This document shows positions 7,378 to 17,260 of a DNA stretch of 46,053 nt, piece after piece. The notes beneath the pieces were generated by a model. That model was not told the DNA's origin. It searched no databases and was given only the letters and a program-made list of their open reading frames with translations. A program made the translations under genes and the position numbers. Position 1 is the stretch's first letter; each line of letters starts with the position of its first letter. The stretch lies in sequence record NZ_CP037828.1; one strand, written 5' to 3'. This DNA is from a plasmid.

Positions 7378-9117
7378 GTGGATAATCTAGAAAGAAATAT
7401 ACAATTAATATTTAGTTATCTAGCAAAGACTTTTATAAGAAATGGAGCATCTATAAAAGATGCTGAAAAAGAAGCAAATGAGATTATAAAAGCCAATTCA
7501 AACAATCTTTGGGGAGTTAATGGTCTCGCTTATCAACTTGGAAAAATAAACCTAGAATTTTTCTGTATGTATTTTATGCAAGACACATATTTACCAAAAG
7601 AAGATAATGCTGCTGCTCCTATAGCTAAAGTTCATCATGAGCTATGGGAAGATATACAAGAATCTATAATTGGAGATGGTTCACAGCAATTAGGAAGAAT
7701 TTATCCAAGAGGGACAGGTAAAAGTGCATTTGGAGATTTAGCGACAACTGTATGGTCGCATTGCTATAAACATAAGACATATACTTTGATTTGCTCTGAC
7801 ATAGGATCTACAGCAGAGAAATTTGTAAAAGATATAAAAAATGCATTACTTGAAAATGAGTATATTAAAAAAGCATTTGGTGTCCTTTTAAATGATAATG
7901 ATAGAAAATACATTTGTAATAGTACTCAACTAGAGCTAACAAATAAAACTTTTATTGAAGCTATATCATCTTCATCACCCATGAGAGGAAGAAAATACAA
8001 TAATAACCGTCCAGATCTTATCATACTTGATGATTATCAGTCAGAAGAAAATGTTAGAACAGAAGATGCTAGAGAGAAAAAATTTAAAAGATTTTCTGAT
8101 GATGTAAAATATGCTGCTCAAAAACCAGTCATAAGAAATGGTAAAACTATAAAAAGAGGAACAACTTTTATAGCATTAGGAACCTTACAACACAAAGAAT
8201 GTTTTTATAGTAGACTAAAAAATTTACCAACTTGGAAGTTTAAATGCGAAAAAGGAGTTTTAGTTGATAATGTAGATGAATTATTTAATTCTGGTTTATG
8301 GCTTAAGTTCAAAGAGATCTTATTTGATTTTAAAAATACAAATCATCTTGAAGATGCTAAAGAATTTTACTGGGAAAATGAAAAAGAAATGAAATTCCCT
8401 ATATTATGGCCAAGTTTTTGGGATTGTTTAGATATGGCTCTAAGTTATTATGAAAATCCAACATCTTTTAAGCAGGAAGTGCAAAATGATGTCAATTCTA
8501 TAGGAGAAAAATGGTTTAAAACTGTTAGAACAGAAACTAGAGAAGAAATTGAATCGCATACTTTTAAAAAGACAATGCTGTTATGTGATCCAGCATCTGC
8601 GGGTGGGTCGAAACATGACTATAGCGCTTTTCTTGTTGGAAGTGAATCAGAAAATGGTTTACTATATGGAAGATTGGCAGAACTAGCTAAAATAAATGCT
8701 AGAACTGATTTTGATAAATATATAGACCATATGATTTATTTATTAAAAGTGTATTCAGATATAACACATATTTATATAGAAAAAAATACATTTAATGGCG
8801 CAGATGCCAACCAATTAGAGTTTAAAATAAAAAATGATAATGTTCTTAGTTATAGAGATATAGAAATCATTAATGAGCAACAAAAGAAAAATAAAGATGA
8901 TAAAATCTCTACTTTAATACCTGTTTTAAGCAAAGGCCAAATGATTTTTGCAGAAGAAGATAAGGAATTTATACAGCAAATACTTGATTTTACAGGACAA
9001 AAATACTCTCTACATGATGATGCTCCGGATATATCATCGGAATTTATTAATCGAATTAACAACATAAAAGTTTCTGAGACAGTAAATATCTTTGATAGAA
9101 AATTATTAGGTTTTTAG
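7378..9117 (+). CDS. Terminase large subunit
   Basis: Walker A-like 'YPRGTGKS' and Walker B 'LIILDD', with a C-terminal nuclease region. GTG start preceded by an AGAGGAAG RBS. Confidence 0.85.
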   Translation: MDNLERNIQLIFSYLAKTFIRNGASIKDAEKEANEIIKANSNNLWGVNGLAYQLGKINLEFFCMYFMQDTYLPKEDNAAAPIAKVHHELWEDIQESIIGDGSQQLGRIYPRGTGKSAFGDLATTVWSHCYKHKTYTLICSDIGSTAEKFVKDIKNALLENEYIKKAFGVLLNDNDRKYICNSTQLELTNKTFIEAISSSSPMRGRKYNNNRPDLIILDDYQSEENVRTEDAREKKFKRFSDDVKYAAQKPVIRNGKTIKRGTTFIALGTLQHKECFYSRLKNLPTWKFKCEKGVLVDNVDELFNSGLWLKFKEILFDFKNTNHLEDAKEFYWENEKEMKFPILWPSFWDCLDMALSYYENPTSFKQEVQNDVNSIGEKWFKTVRTETREEIESHTFKKTMLLCDPASAGGSKHDYSAFLVGSESENGLLYGRLAELAKINARTDFDKYIDHMIYLLKVYSDITHIYIEKNTFNGADANQLEFKIKNDNVLSYRDIEIINEQQKKNKDDKISTLIPVLSKGQMIFAEEDKEFIQQILDFTGQKYSLHDDAPDISSEFINRINNIKVSETVNIFDRKLLGF

Positions 9118-9321
9118 TTGGGAGGTAATTTATTGGCTAATAGATCAAAGTTTGAAGAAGTTCAAAAAACTTTAACTAAAAAAGGAAAGAAGTTCAATGT
9201 TGGAATAGGAAAAGATGAAAAAGGATATTTTGCATATACTCATAGAGCAAGGAGTAAAAGTTATATTTCAAAGCAAGATATTCCAATAAAAGTTTTAAAA
9301 TTTATAGAGTCTACAGGATAG
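9118..9321 (+). CDS. Small basic hypothetical protein; the likely start is the TTG at 9133
   Basis: GGGAGGT RBS before the TTG at 9133. Confidence 0.3.
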   Translation: MGGNLLANRSKFEEVQKTLTKKGKKFNVGIGKDEKGYFAYTHRARSKSYISKQDIPIKVLKFIESTG

Positions 9322-9324
9322 GAT

Positions 9325-10611
9325 GTGTTGTTAATGGAATTAGATTTAGACTTAATAAAAGACATATATGACGATTGGAACTCTAATAAATCCGAATATG
9401 ATACTATGTATAAGTATTATAAAGGTGAAACGGATGCTATTAGCAACTATAAAATGGTTACCAAGAGATCTAATAATAAGATAAACACTAATTTCTTAAA
9501 AAAGTTTATTAATGAAGAAGTCGCTTATTCTCTTGCAAATAAGATTACCTATACAAGTAGATCTGGTGATGAGAAGATTATAAATGATTTAGAATACTAT
9601 ACTTGCCATTGGAGTAAAAAACATGACTCAGATTTATTGAGGTATGCACTATTATTTGGGCTTTGCTATGAACTTTACTATGTAAAAGATGATGAAATAC
9701 AAGTAAAGATAATCAAGCCAACAGATGGCTGTCATTATGAAAATGAAAATGGAGAAATAGTATGCTTTATTAGAGAGTTTACCAAAGGTTTCGAAGATGA
9801 CACGTATGTAGATGTATATGACAAAGAATATATATATCATTTTGATTCAAATTTCAAAGAAGTTGAAAGTCCTACAGTAAACAATATATTTGATGGAAAT
9901 GTTCCAATATCAATTTGCAAAAGAAGTGAAGAACTAGGAAAAAATACAATATTTAATGATATAAAAGGGTTACAAGATGCTTATGAAACTAATTTAAGTG
10001 ATATAAGTAATGAAATTAGTGATTTTAGAAATGCTTATTTAACCTTTTCTGGATGTAATATTAAAGAAGATGATTTGCCAAGGATGAAAGAACTTGGAAT
10101 ACTTCAAGTTAATGGAGATGGAAAAATAGAGTGGCTTATTAAAGATATGAATGATACATTTGTTCAAAATACACTATCTTCAATAAAAGAAAATATGTAT
10201 GAAATTACATCTCATATAAATCACAATGAAAAAATGCAAAGTAATACATCAAGTCTAGCAGTTATAGCAAGATTAATCAGTACAGAATGGATTTGTAGCC
10301 AAAATAATGATAGTATTGCAGATACTTTATTTAATAGGTACAAATTATTGTGCATTTGGCTTAATAAAAAATATGGTTTTGACTATGATTATAAAGATAT
10401 TAAGGCTAAATTTACCCCTAAGATACCACGTGATGATTTAGTTGTAGCAAATATATTAAGCCAACTTGGAGATAAATTATCTACTGAAACTGGCTTATCT
10501 CAACTAAGTTTCATTGATAATCCTCATGCTGAAATAGAAAAAGCTAAAAAAGAACAGGAAATAGTTTCAGAGGGAGAGATTTTATTAGATGAATCAAAAG
10601 ATTATAACTAA
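9325..10611 (+). CDS. Portal protein; the likely start is the ATG at 9343
   Basis: About 420 aa and immediately follows the terminase. Assigned by size and position. Confidence 0.6.
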   Translation: MLLMELDLDLIKDIYDDWNSNKSEYDTMYKYYKGETDAISNYKMVTKRSNNKINTNFLKKFINEEVAYSLANKITYTSRSGDEKIINDLEYYTCHWSKKHDSDLLRYALLFGLCYELYYVKDDEIQVKIIKPTDGCHYENENGEIVCFIREFTKGFEDDTYVDVYDKEYIYHFDSNFKEVESPTVNNIFDGNVPISICKRSEELGKNTIFNDIKGLQDAYETNLSDISNEISDFRNAYLTFSGCNIKEDDLPRMKELGILQVNGDGKIEWLIKDMNDTFVQNTLSSIKENMYEITSHINHNEKMQSNTSSLAVIARLISTEWICSQNNDSIADTLFNRYKLLCIWLNKKYGFDYDYKDIKAKFTPKIPRDDLVVANILSQLGDKLSTETGLSQLSFIDNPHAEIEKAKKEQEIVSEGEILLDESKDYN

Positions 10612-11350
10612 ATTGACTGAAGATATATATAAATCTGCTGAAAATAGGACAAAACCATTTTATAAGTATCAAAGAGAAAATAGGGATAAACTTTTATTAG
10701 AAATAGCAAAGATATTGCTAACACACGATATTATTAATGAATACTTAAATATTAATAATAAAGATAAGAAAAATCTAAGGTCAAAACTTAATAAAATTAT
10801 AAATGAGTATTCTAATAGTTATGATGAAGAAGTCAAGGATATAGAAACTATTTTATCTGATTCATCTAAGAATAAATATTCAAATTTGATAATTTTATTA
10901 GGAGTAATACTGAAGATAAAAGATGTTAGTAATATAAACAATAAAGTTATAAATAAGATAGTGAATAATAAGGTTGATGGAAAACATTGGAGCGATAGAC
11001 TCTGGAAGAATAAAAAAGGTATAGAAGAGTCCTTAAAAAAAGAAATAAAGAGTTTTCTAAATGGAAAAACTTCTGTAAATAAGATAGAAAAAGCAATAAG
11101 AGATAAATATTCAACAGGTGCAGGACAAACCAGCAGACTAATAGAAAATGAAGTTGCCAGATGTCAAAGTGAAGTAAATGAGTATTTTTTCAAGGTTCAA
11201 GGGATTATAAAAGTAATGTATTGTGCAGATTTAGATTCTCGCACATGTAGTGATTGTTCTATGCATAATGGAGTGATATTTTATGTCAATGAAGATAGGC
11301 CCTCTTTGCCAAGACACTGTCACTGTAGATGTCAATATATACCTGTTTAA
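10589..11350 (+). CDS. Head morphogenesis / minor capsid protein (Phage_Mu_F, SPP1 gp7-like)
   Basis: C-terminal 'CSDCSMHNG...PRHCHCRCQYIPV' motif typical of the Mu F family. Confidence 0.7.
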   Translation: MNQKIITKLTEDIYKSAENRTKPFYKYQRENRDKLLLEIAKILLTHDIINEYLNINNKDKKNLRSKLNKIINEYSNSYDEEVKDIETILSDSSKNKYSNLIILLGVILKIKDVSNINNKVINKIVNNKVDGKHWSDRLWKNKKGIEESLKKEIKSFLNGKTSVNKIEKAIRDKYSTGAGQTSRLIENEVARCQSEVNEYFFKVQGIIKVMYCADLDSRTCSDCSMHNGVIFYVNEDRPSLPRHCHCRCQYIPV

Positions 11351-11408
11351 CATGTATTAATTAATTTAATAGGTGTTTTTATTATGTCTAAAAAATATGA
11401 GGTGAAAT

Positions 11409-11735
11409 ATGAAAGTTGAAATATTAGGAACAGAATATCTAGTGATAGAGAAACTTGAAAGCGAAGATGTGCTATTAAAGGAAAGAGCTGGATATTGTGA
11501 TCACTCTGTTAAGGAAATTGTTATAGAGAAAATAAATTCTGAAGAAGGTTCATTGAAAGATTTAAGTGTATATAAAAATGAAGTTGCTAGGCATGAAATA
11601 ATTCATGCATTTCTTAGTGAAAGTGGATTGAAGAGTTGTAGTTCTTGGGCTACAAACGAAGAAATGATTGACTTCTTTGCAATTCAATTTCCTAAAATAG
11701 TAAAGGTTATGGATAAAATAGAATGTTTGAATTAA
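11409..11735 (+). CDS. Small HExxH-motif protein, a putative zincin-like protein, within the head module
   Basis: 'VARHEIIHAF' motif. Occupies the position usually held by a prohead protease. Confidence 0.4.
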   Translation: MKVEILGTEYLVIEKLESEDVLLKERAGYCDHSVKEIVIEKINSEEGSLKDLSVYKNEVARHEIIHAFLSESGLKSCSSWATNEEMIDFFAIQFPKIVKVMDKIECLN

Positions 11736-11760
11736 ATTTTCAAAAAGGAGAACTTTATAC

Positions 11761-12363
11761 ATGTTAAAAAAAGAAGTGTTGGAATTACTAAAAGAAATAG
11801 AAGATGATGCAGAAATAGATTCATTGCTGCAATCAACAGATTTATTCAAATCTGCATCTGATAAAAAGCTTACAATAGAAGAGTTTAGAGAATTAATTAA
11901 TAATGATGCAAACTTTAAAGCTATTATAGATAATGAAAAAAATAAATATCACAGCGAAGCACTTGAAAACTTTAAGAAAAAAGATATGCAGACACTTATA
12001 AGTGCTGAAGTTCTAAAAAGAACTGGAGCAAATGAAACAGAAGAGCAAAAAGCAATAAGGGAATTAAGAGAAAGCCTAGACAAACTAAAAAAAGAAAAGC
12101 AGTACGCAGAAAAAGTTTCTAAATATAAAGATATTTTAGTTGAAAAGAAAATACCTACAAACTTAATTGAATATCTATTATCTGATGATGATGATAAAAC
12201 AAATGCAAATATAGAGATATTTGAAAATTCAATGAAGCAATATGTGCAGTCAAAGGTAGATGAAAGAATTAAAGATGGTTCATACGTTCCACCTGGCAAA
12301 GATAGTGCAGGTTCGCTATCAGAAATTAGAAAACAAATAAAGCAAGGGCTAAATAGTCTTTAG
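11761..12363 (+). CDS. Scaffolding protein
   Basis: Highly charged, predicted coiled coil, about 200 aa, directly upstream of the major capsid gene. Confidence 0.5.
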   Translation: MLKKEVLELLKEIEDDAEIDSLLQSTDLFKSASDKKLTIEEFRELINNDANFKAIIDNEKNKYHSEALENFKKKDMQTLISAEVLKRTGANETEEQKAIRELRESLDKLKKEKQYAEKVSKYKDILVEKKIPTNLIEYLLSDDDDKTNANIEIFENSMKQYVQSKVDERIKDGSYVPPGKDSAGSLSEIRKQIKQGLNSL

Positions 12364-12391
12364 TATAAAAAAAGAAAGGATGATTTTATAA

Positions 12392-13315
12392 ATGGCTAAT
12401 GTATTACAATATGTAACACTTTTTCAACAAGAACTAGATATGCAGGTAACAGTTGGCTCAACTACTGGATGGATGGAGAAAAATGCTGGTCAAGTTATAT
12501 ATAATGGAGGAAGAGAGGTAAAAGTACCAAAAGTAACAATGGATGGCTTAGGTGATTATGACAGATCTAAAGGATATACGCAAGGCGCAGTTACACTTGA
12601 GTACGAAACAATGAAAATGGAGATGGATAGAGGTAGGACTTTTATGTTAGATTCAATGGATGTAAATGAAAGTAACTTCGTTATAAATGCATCTTCTGTA
12701 ATGGGATTATTTCAAAAGCAACATGTTATACCAGAAATAGATGCATATAGATACTCAAAGATATTTTCTGAAACAGCTAAAGTAGATGAGCGTGTAAAAT
12801 ATTCATACGAAGCTACAGTAACTACAATATTAAGTGAATTGAAAAATCAACTTGCATCAATACAAGATTTATCTGGAGATATACCTCTTATTATTAGTAT
12901 GTCTAGCATAATTGCAAGCATATTAGAACAATCATCTCAACTTGATGATATTGAATTTGGCGATGGAGATATAAAAAGAATTGTAAAGTCTATAGACAAT
13001 GTACCTATAATAAAAGTTCCATCAAAAAGAATGAAAACAGAATACGTATTTAGAGATGGTAAAACATCTGGACAAACAGAGGGTGGGTTTACTGAAGGAG
13101 CAAAGGCTTTAGATATAAACTGGTTAATAACTCCAGCATCTGCTCCAATTGCAGTATCTAAGACTGATAAGCCAAGAATATTTACTCCAGATCAAAACCA
13201 AACAGCAGATGCTTATCAAATAGACTATAGAAAATATCACGATTTGTGGATATTGGATGAATATTTAAAACTTTGTAGAGCATCTGTGAGACAAGCTAAA
13301 GCTGCACAAGAATAA
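12392..13315 (+). CDS. Major capsid protein
   Basis: Assigned by position and size (307 aa) after the scaffold gene. Strong AGGATGA-like RBS. Confidence 0.55.
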   Translation: MANVLQYVTLFQQELDMQVTVGSTTGWMEKNAGQVIYNGGREVKVPKVTMDGLGDYDRSKGYTQGAVTLEYETMKMEMDRGRTFMLDSMDVNESNFVINASSVMGLFQKQHVIPEIDAYRYSKIFSETAKVDERVKYSYEATVTTILSELKNQLASIQDLSGDIPLIISMSSIIASILEQSSQLDDIEFGDGDIKRIVKSIDNVPIIKVPSKRMKTEYVFRDGKTSGQTEGGFTEGAKALDINWLITPASAPIAVSKTDKPRIFTPDQNQTADAYQIDYRKYHDLWILDEYLKLCRASVRQAKAAQE

Positions 13316-13328
13316 GGAGTTGTTTTAA

Positions 13329-13601
13329 ATGTTTGCATTGATAAAAAATAACATAATTAAAGTTGTTGAAGATGAAAATTCGAGAGATAAATTGATTTCA
13401 AAAGGATTTAAAATATATTCAGAAGAAGTGACTAAAGAGAATATTGAGAAAAAAGAAGAAAAAGTTAAATCAACCTCTAATGATTTATTTAATCTATCTA
13501 AACCAGAGCTTATGGAAATTGCTAAAGGCAAGAATATAAAGGGATATTCAACTAAAACTAAAGAGGAATTAATTCAACTACTAGATGAGTACAATGCTTG
13601 A
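13329..13601 (+). CDS. Small head-associated protein with a C-terminal Rho-N-like domain
   Basis: 'LSKPELMEIAKGKNIKGYSTKTKEELIQLL' matches the Rho termination factor N-terminal domain pattern. Confidence 0.45.
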   Translation: MFALIKNNIIKVVEDENSRDKLISKGFKIYSEEVTKENIEKKEEKVKSTSNDLFNLSKPELMEIAKGKNIKGYSTKTKEELIQLLDEYNA

Positions 13602-13965
13602 TAATGTTAAATTAGTTTTAGGAATAGAAAATGATAGATATGACAAATTAATAATCCTTTATATAAATAAAATAAGTGAGATGGTTTTAGAATATTGTTC
13701 TAGGCAGGAACTAAGTATAGCACTAGAAGGGTTTGTAGAAGAAAAAGTAATATCAATATTATCTTCAAGATTTGAAGAACTTAAGAAAAATAGTGGACTT
13801 GATAATCTAGAAAAAAGCTTAAAAGCTATAACTAGAGGTGACACTAAGATAGAATATAATGCTTTAACATTACAAACTGCTGAAAATAGCATCAGTTCAT
13901 CATCTTTTTTAACTGATACTGATAAAAAATTTCTAAGCCCATTTTGTATTGTTAGTATGTACTAA
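13585..13965 (+). CDS. Head-tail connector protein
   Basis: Assigned by position and size only. Confidence 0.35.
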   Translation: MSTMLDNVKLVLGIENDRYDKLIILYINKISEMVLEYCSRQELSIALEGFVEEKVISILSSRFEELKKNSGLDNLEKSLKAITRGDTKIEYNALTLQTAENSISSSSFLTDTDKKFLSPFCIVSMY

Positions 13966-13976
13966 GGGGTGATTAA

Positions 13977-14324
13977 ATGACTGAAGCAGATATATTAGAA
14001 ATGACATACCTTGATAAAATGACTATAATTAGAAAATTAAAAGGCTGGAATGAAGAAACATGTTCTAATGATTTTAGTAATGTTGTTATAGCTGAAAATA
14101 TCCCATGTGCAATTTCTAGAAAAGAAGAAGCCATTGTAAATGGTGATATTGGATCTATAGTTGTAAATAGAAAGTTATTTTGTAGACCAGAAGTAGATAT
14201 AAAAATAGGTGATACTATAAATACAACCTATAATCATGGAGAAGAAGCTGTATTTAAGGTTTCTAAGGCAAATATATATCCAAGCCATATGGAAATACCT
14301 ATTACAGAATTGGAGAGGATATAA
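13977..14324 (+). CDS. Head closure / head-tail adaptor protein
   Basis: Assigned by position and size only. Confidence 0.35.
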   Translation: MTEADILEMTYLDKMTIIRKLKGWNEETCSNDFSNVVIAENIPCAISRKEEAIVNGDIGSIVVNRKLFCRPEVDIKIGDTINTTYNHGEEAVFKVSKANIYPSHMEIPITELERI

Positions 14325-14680
14325 TGGGAATAGATAATTTAGGAGTCTTTGAAGCATTAGCCTTAGATTTAGGTCTAAATGCATCAAACTTTAATAGAAA
14401 AATCAAGAAGTTTACAAAAGAAACTGGGCAAGAACTAGCAGAAAATATAAGAGATGAAACTCCTGTAAAAACTGAAAAGTTAAAAAATGGATGGGAAGAA
14501 AAGCAACCAGAATATGATACTTATATTGTTAAAAATGAAGTTGATTATGCTACTTTAGTAAATAATGGCCATTCAACTAAAAATGGTGGCATTGTCCCTG
14601 GTTCTTTTATGGTTGAAAAGGGAATTGAAAGAACAAAAGAAAATATGACAAGTGCAAAAGCAAATTTATTTGATTGGTAG
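14324..14680 (+). CDS. HK97 gp10-family tail-component protein
   Basis: 'ETPVKTEKLKNGW' resembles the PVdTGrLrnS motif of the gp10 family. Confidence 0.45.
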   Translation: MGIDNLGVFEALALDLGLNASNFNRKIKKFTKETGQELAENIRDETPVKTEKLKNGWEEKQPEYDTYIVKNEVDYATLVNNGHSTKNGGIVPGSFMVEKGIERTKENMTSAKANLFDW

Positions 14681-14688
14681 GTGATTAG

Positions 14689-15138
14689 TTGCTTACAAAC
14701 AGAGACATTATAATAGCAGTTAATAAAAGAATCGAAAATGAGTTTAGATATATAGATATTTTTATTAATGAGGATAATATACAAGGCTTTGAGGAGGCTT
14801 GTTTTTTTGTGCAACTTTTACCTGTTTCTAATAATATTGCAAATAAAGTTTTAGATACTAAAAAGATATTCATAGATATTGAATATTACCAAAAGGCTAG
14901 AAAAAATAAATTAAATCTATACGACATACAAAGTAGATTAGAAAAAATATTTAACAGAAACATTAGAGTTAAAGATAGAAGTTTAATCATTGAGAATATA
15001 TCTCCATCAATCGCAAAAGATCCTGTAGGATATAAACTAACTTTTCTAATGACTGTATCTTATTTTGAAGAAGTCTATTTTGAAAATGAAACATTTGAAA
15101 TTATGGAAAGTGTAGATTTAGAGATAGGAAGTGATTAA
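14689..15138 (+). CDS. Tail completion / hypothetical protein
   Basis: Assigned by position only. Confidence 0.3.
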   Translation: MLTNRDIIIAVNKRIENEFRYIDIFINEDNIQGFEEACFFVQLLPVSNNIANKVLDTKKIFIDIEYYQKARKNKLNLYDIQSRLEKIFNRNIRVKDRSLIIENISPSIAKDPVGYKLTFLMTVSYFEEVYFENETFEIMESVDLEIGSD

Positions 15139-16194
15139 ATGGGTTTACCAGAAATTAATATTTCTTTTATCCAAGCAGGAAAAACTTTTGTTAAACGCTC
15201 TGGTGGTATTGTAGCGCTTATTTTAAAAGATACAAAAAATATAGGGTTAGTTGAGATAAAAGAAATAGAGGATATTCCAGAAAATTATTCTGCTGCTAAT
15301 TTAGATTATATAAAAATGGCTATGAAGGGAAATGTATATCCTCCAAATAAAGTATTAGTTTATACATTAGATACAGATGAATCAATAGATGATGCACTAG
15401 ATTTTCTTGAAACTTGTGAGTTTAATTATCTTTGTATGCTAGATGAGACAGAACAAGATTTGCCTAAAATCAAAACGTGGATTAAGAAAATGAGAGAAGA
15501 TAATAAAATAAAGGTTAAAGCTATTACTGCAAGTAATTCAGCGGATTATGAAGGTATAATAAACTTTACAGCAACTGATATTGAAGTTGAAGGTAAAAAA
15601 TACACTTCAAATGAATTTCTGCCAAGAATAGCAGGTTTTATTGCAGGAACTCCATCAACTCAATCTGTAACATATGCAGAAATACCAGAAGTTACTAATA
15701 TACCTAAGCTAACAAGAGCTGAAGCAAATACAAGGATAAATAATGGAGAGCTAATTTTAATAAAAGAAAGTGGAGCTATAGTAATCGCTAGAGGAGTTAC
15801 ATCCTTTACAACAATTACTGATTCAAAAGGTGATATATTCAAAAAGATTAAGTTGGTTGATACACTAGATCAAATTCATAACGATATTAAAAAAATAATT
15901 GTAAAAAATTATATAGGAAAAACCCAAAACACTTATGATAATAAGTGTTTACTTATTGTTGCAATACAATTATATCTTCAAGAATTAGAAAAAGATGGTT
16001 TAATTGATGAAGGTTCAACTGTAGAAATTAATTTAGATGCTCAAAGAGCATGGCTAAAAAAACAAAATATAGATATATCTAATATGGAAGAACAACAGAT
16101 AAAAGAATACAATACTGACACTCTTGTATTTTTAAAAGCAAGAATTAAATTAATAGATGCAATGGAAGATGTATATTTAGACATCTCTATGTAG
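15139..16194 (+). CDS. Contractile tail sheath protein (XkdK-like)
   Basis: 351 aa, directly upstream of the tube and chaperone genes, in PBSX-like gene order. Confidence 0.6.
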   Translation: MGLPEINISFIQAGKTFVKRSGGIVALILKDTKNIGLVEIKEIEDIPENYSAANLDYIKMAMKGNVYPPNKVLVYTLDTDESIDDALDFLETCEFNYLCMLDETEQDLPKIKTWIKKMREDNKIKVKAITASNSADYEGIINFTATDIEVEGKKYTSNEFLPRIAGFIAGTPSTQSVTYAEIPEVTNIPKLTRAEANTRINNGELILIKESGAIVIARGVTSFTTITDSKGDIFKKIKLVDTLDQIHNDIKKIIVKNYIGKTQNTYDNKCLLIVAIQLYLQELEKDGLIDEGSTVEINLDAQRAWLKKQNIDISNMEEQQIKEYNTDTLVFLKARIKLIDAMEDVYLDISM

Positions 16195-16209
16195 TTTGGA
16201 GGTTAAAAT

Positions 16210-16650
16210 TTGAAAGCTAAAATAGATGCAAAAAGAATAATATCTGGTACTTTTGGAGAGTGTTGGCTAGATAATAAGCAACTTACATCAACAAAAGGGA
16301 TGGAAGCCAAGGTTGATATAGATAAAGAAGAAATAAAATTATGTGGTCAAATAATGACCACATATAAAATGATTGGTGCAACTGGAAAAGGATCTATAAC
16401 TCTTTATAAGATAAGTACCTTATTTGGCGAGTATGTCGAAAAAATGTTAAATGAAGGTAAAGAATTTAAAGTAACTATAATAAGTAAATTGCAAGACCCA
16501 GATTCATATGGTTCTGAGAGAATTGCACTTTATGGATGTATGTTTGACGACTTAACTTTGGCTGATTGGGAAGCTGCGAAAGTTGGAGAAATAGAAGTTC
16601 CATTCACATTTGAAGGCTTTGAATACTTAGATAAAATAAAAGAAAAATAG
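16210..16650 (+). CDS. Tail tube protein (XkdM-like)
   Basis: 146 aa, following the sheath gene. Confidence 0.6.
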   Translation: MKAKIDAKRIISGTFGECWLDNKQLTSTKGMEAKVDIDKEEIKLCGQIMTTYKMIGATGKGSITLYKISTLFGEYVEKMLNEGKEFKVTIISKLQDPDSYGSERIALYGCMFDDLTLADWEAAKVGEIEVPFTFEGFEYLDKIKEK

Positions 16651-16664
16651 GAGGATTTTATTAT

Positions 16665-17081
16665 ATGAACACAGTAGAAAAATTATTAAATATGGATGCA
16701 GGTAAATTAAAAATGCCATCTAGCGCATTTGAATTATATTGTAAAAAACTAGATGATACTTTAGAAATAGAGTGCAAGGCTATTGATCCAGAACGTTTTG
16801 ACGAAATAAGAATGAACTCTATGGACGTTAATAGTGGAGATGTAGAAAACATTAACATATATGAACTTAAAGTAAATACAATATTAGAATCATGTTCTAT
16901 ATTTAGCAATATGGAATTAGTTAAAAAATTTAGTGCAATTACACCTAAAGAATTAATTAAAAAGCTATTACTTAGTGGTGAAATAGATAAATTATACGAG
17001 GAGGTTAATAAAGTAAATGGAATAGATGCAGAGGGCGATAAAAAAAGACAAAAAGAAAGAGCTAAAGATATAAAAAACTAA
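16665..17081 (+). CDS. Tail assembly chaperone (XkdN-like)
   Basis: 138 aa, acidic C-terminus, directly upstream of the tape measure gene. Confidence 0.45.
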   Translation: MNTVEKLLNMDAGKLKMPSSAFELYCKKLDDTLEIECKAIDPERFDEIRMNSMDVNSGDVENINIYELKVNTILESCSIFSNMELVKKFSAITPKELIKKLLLSGEIDKLYEEVNKVNGIDAEGDKKRQKERAKDIKN

Positions 17082-17260
17082 TTAAAACGGATGGAGAAGT
17101 TAACTTGATGTACTTATTATTTAAGTATAAAGGTATAATGCCATCCGTTTCTTATCGTATACTAAGAGGCGAAAAAGAAATTGTTAGTGTTTTTATGGAT
17201 CAAGAATTAGATGAAAGAGAAGAAGAAATAAAATCTGGTGCTGGGAGGTTGTTTTAGTAT

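Noticed and set aside
11562-14873. Multiple short - strand ORFs (11562..11849, 11949..12299, 13325..13531, 13659..13892, 14175..14387, 14545..14814, 14685..14873) within the head/tail module
   Set aside because: All are antisense to well-supported + strand structural genes and have AT-rich, low-complexity translations.
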